From positions 208,394 to 272,393 of the IMG/VR virus record IMGVR_UViG_3300024308_000016: a stretch of DNA of 64,000 bases, one strand, 5' to 3'. Positions 58,203 through 64,000 of this stretch are shown here, piece by piece. Numbering within the stretch: the stretch's first letter is position 1; each line of letters begins with the position of its first letter. The notes below the pieces were generated by a model. It saw only the letters and a program-made list of their open reading frames with translations, had not been told where the DNA came from and did no database searches. A program made the position numbers and the translations under genes.

Positions 58203-59231
58203 ATGACTGAACTTGTCAAATATGCCGGTCAGCGCGCACTGACGGACCTGGAGAGCTTTCTGGGCTCCCACATCACGGACGGTGAGGACATCCTCATCAA
58301 GGGCGCCAAGGATGTGTACGTCCTGTATACGGTCGACTCTCTGGACTCTCTGGTGGCTGCGGCTATCCTCCAGCGCATGCACTGGAAGCATGCCAAGTCG
58401 CTGGCAACGGCGGGCGTAACAACCCCCGATGCGCACTTCAACTTGCATATCGAGTCGATCGTCAACGCCTCCATCCCGGAGGATGCGCCTTTCGTGGTGT
58501 GGCTGGGCATGCAGCCTACTCCCGCGGTGTTCAAGACCGGACGGCCGGGCTTGTTCCAGTTCGGTGACCCCAAGATCCCCAAGGGCGTCAAAAACATCAC
58601 CGTGACTGCAAACCCTCAGAGCTATCCGGCCAATAGACCTTTCACCGAAGAAGTGGAGGCGATCTGGCAGGAGTGCTATGGAGGCGACCAGCCAGCTCCG
58701 GCGTATGGGCTCATCATCGATCTGTTCTCCAAGCTGGCCGAGCAGTTGAACTACTCAGCCAGCAACCCGATGATCTGCTACCCGAACCTGGCAGCCTACC
58801 TGATCGATGTGCAAACTGCGGTCAACCAGTTCGATATGCGGCACACCATGGACTTGCGCTCTCCCAAGGAGCAGTCCGCAGCTGTGGTCAAGGCGTTTGC
58901 TCTGGGCGTGGCGGCCTTGAAGACGCTCAAGCAAGCCGGCGGCATGATCGACATGACCGACGCTGACAAGGCCTACCGGATGGTGCTGAGCAATGTGCGC
59001 GCTCAGTTGGCCAGAAACGGCCACAGGGCTGAGTCCGCTCAGCGAGGCCCGGTGCTGCATGCTTGGTTCACCCACATCTCGGAGTTCTACTGGGTCGCTC
59101 GCCGTCAGGTGCAGCATTCCCACAAGTTCTACGTGAACGTGACCAAGTGCCGTACAGGTGACTTCATCTACACCAACGTGCCCTCGGGGCATACGGTGAA
59201 CATCAGCCAGCAGACCATCAGGTCGTCATAA
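58203..59231 (+). CDS. Hypothetical protein (342 aa), weak resemblance to a degenerate DHH-fold N-terminus
   Basis: AGGAG SD; VYVLYTVDSLDSLVAAAIL. Confidence 0.75.
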   Translation: MTELVKYAGQRALTDLESFLGSHITDGEDILIKGAKDVYVLYTVDSLDSLVAAAILQRMHWKHAKSLATAGVTTPDAHFNLHIESIVNASIPEDAPFVVWLGMQPTPAVFKTGRPGLFQFGDPKIPKGVKNITVTANPQSYPANRPFTEEVEAIWQECYGGDQPAPAYGLIIDLFSKLAEQLNYSASNPMICYPNLAAYLIDVQTAVNQFDMRHTMDLRSPKEQSAAVVKAFALGVAALKTLKQAGGMIDMTDADKAYRMVLSNVRAQLARNGHRAESAQRGPVLHAWFTHISEFYWVARRQVQHSHKFYVNVTKCRTGDFIYTNVPSGHTVNISQQTIRSS

Positions 59232-59234
59232 GCG

Positions 59235-59273
59235 CCTAGTCCACCACGCCCTTTTGGGGCGTGGTGGACTAGG
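59235..59273. terminator. 17-bp perfect inverted repeat between convergent genes
   Basis: CCTAGTCCACCACGCCC-TTTTG-GGGCGTGGTGGACTAGG, T tract on the + side. Confidence 0.75.
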
Positions 59274-59293
59274 TATGCCTATTTTTTTTTTGG

Positions 59294-61429
59294 CTATCGA
59301 CGAGCCACCACACGAGTGCGGTTGGCGCGTATCTGGGAGATGAGATCATCCGCAGACAGCACTTGGCGGTCCTCGTCAGTCATCTGAGCTTCCAGATACC
59401 GGAGCTTTTGCTCGTAGCGCTGGGCGATGTAGGGATCTCGCTCGTCTTGCAGACGATCGATGATCATGCTGACTTCGTCGCGCAGGCGCTGCTGCTTGAC
59501 GCGGTCGTACATCTTCTGCGTCGTTTCTTCCTCCTCGATCACCTCATTGTCACTGAGCATCTCCCGGGGGTTGATACCATAGTGCGAGACGTTGCGAGCG
59601 TTGGTGAGGAACCAGTAGCTGAGCAGCCACGATACCACCAAGTCGTCCTTGCCGCCTTGTGGGTGGTCAATACGTCCGCCGCGCGTGACCAACGCCAGGA
59701 TCTGGGAGATCAGTGGCATGTCGTAGACCTTGTCCCCGGTGTACTTGACAGCGCTCATGAAGACGCTGCCATACAGGCCATCCCGGGAGAAGATGCCGGA
59801 GCCTGCAGTCTTGAAGCCAAAGAAGCGCCTGTATTGATTGACAAACTCCTTGGGAACGCGGCCCTGGGTGACGATGGTCTTGTAGCGCTCCTTGAACTCC
59901 AAGTGCTCGTGCACAATGAGGTTGAAGATGCGCTTGAAGGGGTCGACATTGGCACCCACCAGTTCCATAAGCACGTAGTCGATGATCGTCACGCCGTTGA
60001 GCTTGTTCTCAGGGATCCAGGTGATGTTCTCGTACTTCAGGAGCAAGTGAGAGATCCACTTGGCGATCTCGATGGTGTTGGTATCGTTGACATTGGCCGC
60101 TCCGATCACCCGACCGTCCTTGACGTCCCGCAGCACGAGCGTGGAGTCGTCTCGACCGATGGCTTCAGAAGCGTCAAACGCCATGATGGTCTTGTTCTCG
60201 GCCATATAGCGCTCCAGGTTCTCCCGGGGCACGAACCAGCGCATGAGGAAAGGCCAGGGACGGCAGATCTCATCGAAGCTGACCATCTGGGAGTTGCGGA
60301 TACGCGCGGTGTCCTTGGTCGACAAGGGTGAGCTCTGGGAGCCATCCGTCCATACATTACCGAAGTCGCGATCTGCGGCATCTCCCGTGGACTTGGCAGC
60401 TATCATGGACTTCTTGAGCCAGTCATCCTTCAAGCCCAGTTGGCGGTGGTTGAACGAGCAGTGCACTTCAGGCACGCCTTCAGGGGAGGCGGCCATCACC
60501 ACATCGTACAGGTCAGAGCGGTTGACTGCGTCAAAGAACGCTTCCGACCACACAGCAGCTTCGTTGATGAGCTTGTAGATAAAGGCGCCGTCTTCGTCGT
60601 CCTTCTTGCCAGCGGTAGTGGCGATCACTGTGCCGTAGAAGATGCCGTCATTGTGGGCCTGGGTACGTGCGGCGTTACCGCCTGCGAGCATCGCGGGCAG
60701 CGTCACTGACACATAGCGAATGAAGGCAGCTTCGTCGATGAAGTACGTGGGTGCAGTCAAACCACGACCCACGTTGTTGGCCGCTTTGTCGGACGTTGCG
60801 GGCACCAAGCCCACGATCCGATTACCGGTGATCCCGAAGTGGATCTGTTCGGTATTGTTGATGTCCCCGCGCTTGTGGCCTGATAGGTAAAACGGTAGAT
60901 ACGCGTTGATCTCCCGTATCCGCTCCATGTTCTGCTTGCGAAGGTTGTCGTCCTTGGTTAGCAAGTTGATGAGCTTGTTATTGTAATGCAGGTTGTTCAA
61001 ATACTCACCCAAATGGTCCATGGACAGGGACTTGCCGGTCTGACGGATCTGGATGAGGTACACCGTGATAGCGTTGAAGAACAACCAGTACATACTCATG
61101 TTGCCGCGATTGGCACGAAAGTACGCTGGATTGTCCCGTGTGTTGCCTGGTGCTCTGGCTACTTCCCGGAAGTAGTAAAACGGATTGACCGCGCATTCCA
61201 TGCGAATCATCACCATCTGCTCAGGCGTTAGGTTCTCCACATCGTGGGGATCTACGTCCTTGAGAAGGGGGTTGTGCAGCTGTAGGCACCATTTATAGTT
61301 GGAGATTCCCATCTTCTTGAGCAAGTTGGCATACTTGATGAAGGAGATGTTCTTGGTCTCGTTGTGGACGACGGCATGCGGGTTCTTGGCCCAGTCTTCC
61401 TCAAACAAGATGACGCTAGGGGCTGTCAT
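59294..61429 (-). CDS. terL: Terminase large subunit (phiKZ gp25-like)
   Basis: IRQTGKS Walker A, YFIDEAAF Walker B, nuclease AFDASEAIGRD and KDDLVVSW; 711 aa. Confidence 0.93.
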   Translation of the reverse strand: MTAPSVILFEEDWAKNPHAVVHNETKNISFIKYANLLKKMGISNYKWCLQLHNPLLKDVDPHDVENLTPEQMVMIRMECAVNPFYYFREVARAPGNTRDNPAYFRANRGNMSMYWLFFNAITVYLIQIRQTGKSLSMDHLGEYLNNLHYNNKLINLLTKDDNLRKQNMERIREINAYLPFYLSGHKRGDINNTEQIHFGITGNRIVGLVPATSDKAANNVGRGLTAPTYFIDEAAFIRYVSVTLPAMLAGGNAARTQAHNDGIFYGTVIATTAGKKDDEDGAFIYKLINEAAVWSEAFFDAVNRSDLYDVVMAASPEGVPEVHCSFNHRQLGLKDDWLKKSMIAAKSTGDAADRDFGNVWTDGSQSSPLSTKDTARIRNSQMVSFDEICRPWPFLMRWFVPRENLERYMAENKTIMAFDASEAIGRDDSTLVLRDVKDGRVIGAANVNDTNTIEIAKWISHLLLKYENITWIPENKLNGVTIIDYVLMELVGANVDPFKRIFNLIVHEHLEFKERYKTIVTQGRVPKEFVNQYRRFFGFKTAGSGIFSRDGLYGSVFMSAVKYTGDKVYDMPLISQILALVTRGGRIDHPQGGKDDLVVSWLLSYWFLTNARNVSHYGINPREMLSDNEVIEEEETTQKMYDRVKQQRLRDEVSMIIDRLQDERDPYIAQRYEQKLRYLEAQMTDEDRQVLSADDLISQIRANRTRVVARR

Positions 61430-61478
61430 ATATGTTATCCTTGTGTTACAATTGAAGGGCGTGCATACACTATCCTAT

Positions 61479-61502
61479 CCCGGAAGCCCGAAGGCTCCCG
61501 GG
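61479..61502 (-). terminator. Hairpin upstream of terL
   Basis: CCCGGAAGCC-CGAA-GGCTCCCGGG. Confidence 0.45.
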
Positions 61503-61512
61503 GTAGTGGTGC

Positions 61513-61896
61513 TTATACTTGTTCAGCGATCATGCGCGCTCGCAACTCTTGCATGTAAAGTTGAACCAACAGGCGAGGCACTTTCATGTCACTCACCTTC
61601 TCCAGGTACGAGCTCTTGAACAAGAGGCTGAACCTGGAGCAGCGAAAGATCGGAGCTCCCACACTGGGCACATCGCACTTGACGACATACCCCGTGAAGG
61701 ACTTCCGACGGATACGGCCATACCTGTACTCGAAATTCACGCAGTTTTCCTTGTACAGGGAGAACACGATCTCCTGGTCTTCTATGGTACGCGTCCCCAA
61801 AGACATCAACACTGCCGACTGGGGCATCGCTGATGTCTCAAAGAACTTGATACCGGCGAAGAACAGATAGACCCGAAACAAAAGAGTCTGAAACAT
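61513..61896 (-). CDS. Hypothetical protein (127 aa)
   Basis: AAGGA SD; co-oriented with terL. Confidence 0.65.
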   Translation of the reverse strand: MFQTLLFRVYLFFAGIKFFETSAMPQSAVLMSLGTRTIEDQEIVFSLYKENCVNFEYRYGRIRRKSFTGYVVKCDVPSVGAPIFRCSRFSLLFKSSYLEKVSDMKVPRLLVQLYMQELRARMIAEQV

Positions 61897-61983
61897 CTGC
61901 GGTATCCTTGTTTGTCCCGTTGGTGGGGATCTTTTATATGCGTTTTCCCATAGAATCTGGAAATAGACCGTATATCCTATTGC

Positions 61984-63207
61984 TCAGCTTTGGTAACCAG
62001 TCATAACACGCAGCATGATGTACAAGATCACAGCCGTTCGGGTGGCCATGACGAGTGACTCGGAGATGCCCTTGTGCTGGGACACGATAAGTGCAGCTCC
62101 CTGCTCCCGGATGCTCAAAAGTGCTGGATCCATGGAGCGTGTGGACAGGAACAGGTTCTTCAGCGTGGTCAAGATGAAAGGCCAATCACGCCTTTTGCTC
62201 ACCGGCACGTTCTTGTCGATGTAGAAAGCGCTTTGCACGATCACATCGACCACGAACTTGTCGACCTTCTTGTTCCATTTCGGATCTGTGTAGGCGTGGC
62301 TCATCCATTCGAGCACCGAACGGATCATCTTGAACGAGGAGTTGGAGTTCATGTCCGCCACCACGGTGATCAGGTCGTTGTCGATCCAGCCATGTGGATC
62401 ATTCAACAAGTTCCTCACGTAGTTGACCAGGCTTTCAGTGCCTTTGGTCTTTTCCCGAAGCACCACATCTCCGTCCGCATCCACGATGGTGGCTGTGTTC
62501 ACACCGATGGACTCCCCGGAGGAATGCACACGGTCGAACTCGTCGTAGTAGATGCGAAATACGTCCTTGAAGCGTCCCTGCGAGTCACTGATCACGCCCG
62601 TGATGACGATGTCGTCGTTGAACATGCTCAGGCGGTCGTAGTTCAGACCATTGGGATCAACCATGGCCTCTGCCCGATACTCGCATAGCTTCTTCCACGA
62701 ACCCAGCGTCTTGATCAGGTTTTTGTTGCTCATGTTGGCGTACGCCGCCTGAGCCACCTTCGGATCTGCGTTGTAGTGGAAGTAGTTGTTGGTCAGCGCG
62801 ATCACCGTGCGGTAGCAAAAGATCATCGCCGTATCGAATGCTCCACGCAGGCGCATCTTGTCCGTCAGATGCGGCGTGTGGTAGAACCTGTGGATCATGT
62901 ACATGAGCGTCAGGTTCAGGATGTCCGCGGTGATGGAGTTTTCCTGGTAGATGGTGTCCAGCCTTCGGATATCGCGCTCCAGTGACGAGTAGTCCACCCC
63001 GATGGTGCGGTCAAAGAACCTTAAGATCTCCCGAGGCAGCAGCCGAAGTGTCTGCACTCCCAGCAAAGCGGAGCCAAAGAACTGGATGTGGTCTTGGTTC
63101 TTGGTGGCGATGAAGAGCTGATACTCGTAGACTCCACGAGCTAAGTTCTTGTCGAACTTGACCTTTTCAAAGTGTCGGTCAAAGACATCTGCGAGGGAGT
63201 GATCCAT
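61984..63207 (-). CDS. Conserved phiKZ-family protein (407 aa)
   Basis: Long helical, biased ORF upstream of terminase. Confidence 0.8.
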   Translation of the reverse strand: MDHSLADVFDRHFEKVKFDKNLARGVYEYQLFIATKNQDHIQFFGSALLGVQTLRLLPREILRFFDRTIGVDYSSLERDIRRLDTIYQENSITADILNLTLMYMIHRFYHTPHLTDKMRLRGAFDTAMIFCYRTVIALTNNYFHYNADPKVAQAAYANMSNKNLIKTLGSWKKLCEYRAEAMVDPNGLNYDRLSMFNDDIVITGVISDSQGRFKDVFRIYYDEFDRVHSSGESIGVNTATIVDADGDVVLREKTKGTESLVNYVRNLLNDPHGWIDNDLITVVADMNSNSSFKMIRSVLEWMSHAYTDPKWNKKVDKFVVDVIVQSAFYIDKNVPVSKRRDWPFILTTLKNLFLSTRSMDPALLSIREQGAALIVSQHKGISESLVMATRTAVILYIMLRVMTGYQS

Positions 63208-63213
63208 GACTTA

Positions 63214-63834
63214 TCACTTCCCCGAGGTCTTCTTGGCCATCTGCACGACCATCTGGCCGATTGCCATAGGCCGGATAGCCACTTGCACGCCCAAGCTGGT
63301 CGCGTGCTTGACCAAGCTCTCAGCGGTATGGCACAGTTTGCCCTCTGCCGCCAGCACCACGCCCACATTAGCGTTGGGGTTTTCATTCTTGCGCTCGATC
63401 AGCCGGCTCATCACACGTGTGAGTTCCGTGCTGGGCAGATCTGTGCCATCGGCCACATACAGATAGCCTTGGGAAGTGCCGTGCTCACCATTCTTGGCCA
63501 CGCCATCAGCGCTCACGTCCACAAAGCCAGTAGGCGTGCCACTGGTGGGACCCTTGGCGTCGTCTTCTTCCACGCTCAGAGCAGCCACAATAGCTCCCAT
63601 GCTCTCTTTGCTCAAGACCCTGTTCAAGATCTCGGTGTATTGGTGGCCCAACGGACCGTCCAGCATGATGGCGGGAGCTTTGCTCTTGTCGATGGTGATC
63701 CCGCCTTCCGTCACATCCACCTTGTAGGGTTTGTGGGTGATGGGGTCTGTACGAGTTTCCAGCTCACTGCTGGCTTTGACCAGCTTCGGATCATCTTCTA
63801 CTTCCTTTTGGGCCAAGCTGAGGTTAAACGTCAT
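63214..63834 (-). CDS. Hypothetical protein, possible processed head protein (206 aa)
   Basis: Start moved to ATG 63834 after AGGAG; several S/A-x-E sites (SKE, SVE). Confidence 0.7.
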   Translation of the reverse strand: MTFNLSLAQKEVEDDPKLVKASSELETRTDPITHKPYKVDVTEGGITIDKSKAPAIMLDGPLGHQYTEILNRVLSKESMGAIVAALSVEEDDAKGPTSGTPTGFVDVSADGVAKNGEHGTSQGYLYVADGTDLPSTELTRVMSRLIERKNENPNANVGVVLAAEGKLCHTAESLVKHATSLGVQVAIRPMAIGQMVVQMAKKTSGK

Positions 63835-63917
63835 GGTGCTACACTCCTGGATGTATATAGATAGGTGTTCGGGTAGATCATCGAAGATCAGTTCACTGGA
63901 TCTTGCGCAAAGTACCC

Positions 63918-63952
63918 CCTCACCCACACCCCGTAGCAGGAGTGTGGGTGAA
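63918..63952. terminator. Imperfect intergenic hairpin
   Basis: CTCACCCACACCCC-GTAGCA-GGAGTGTGGGTGA. Confidence 0.45.
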
Positions 63953-64000
63953 AGGATAAGATGACGTGTGTATTACCTGAGTAGTATCTAGGGGGGGGGG

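Larger units (their letters stand above)
1..64000. other. Segment of a phiKZ-like jumbo bacteriophage genome
   Basis: Co-occurrence of split multisubunit RNAP subunits, phiKZ-type sheath and tube, prohead protease, terminase, UvsX with GxxNxFKS Walker A, SbcC and RNase H; no cellular housekeeping genes. Confidence 0.97.

Noticed and set aside
59294-61429. Intein or intron in terminase, UvsX or sheath
   Set aside because: Lengths match uninterrupted homologues as recalled; no intein terminal motifs or ribozyme elements were seen.
1-64000. tRNA, rRNA, CRISPR array, IS/transposase, integrase
   Set aside because: No cloverleaf, regularly spaced repeat-spacer array or recombinase/transposase motifs were seen; the 20-bp motif copies are kilobases apart.

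Overview
This is a 64 kb, gene-dense segment of a phiKZ-like jumbo phage genome with strong C/G third-position codon bias. No database search was run: all assignments come from motifs read in the translations plus recalled phiKZ-family synteny. Core genes are an SbcC/Rad50 ATPase, RNase HI, a UvsX/RecA-like recombinase, three virion RNA polymerase subunits (beta N-part, beta C-part, catalytic beta'), a ~2500 aa tail tape-measure/lysin, prohead protease, tail sheath and tube, baseplate proteins, a gpV-like spike and the terminase large subunit. Main observations: (1) Two related ORF-less group I introns interrupt the polymerase genes. One (29979-30382) splits the catalytic motif AD^YDGD and has a structured 78-nt P1 loop that can sequester its own guide sequence. 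The other (33820-34143) splits DD^PKR of beta. (2) A 20-bp motif, CACNTANACYYTACYTGAGG, occurs five times, always at the head of a non-structural + strand unit, and is a candidate phage promoter. (3) A ~10 kb accessory block (49.1-59.3 kb) separates baseplate genes from terminase and holds an ADP-ribosyltransferase-like ORF plus three tandem BCS1-like AAA+ ATPase paralogues with divergent N-termini. (4) Smaller points are a NADAR-like domain with an apparent catalytic substitution, a tail protein with both M15 peptidase and transglycosylase domains, and many long intergenic hairpins. No tRNA, rRNA or CRISPR array was seen.
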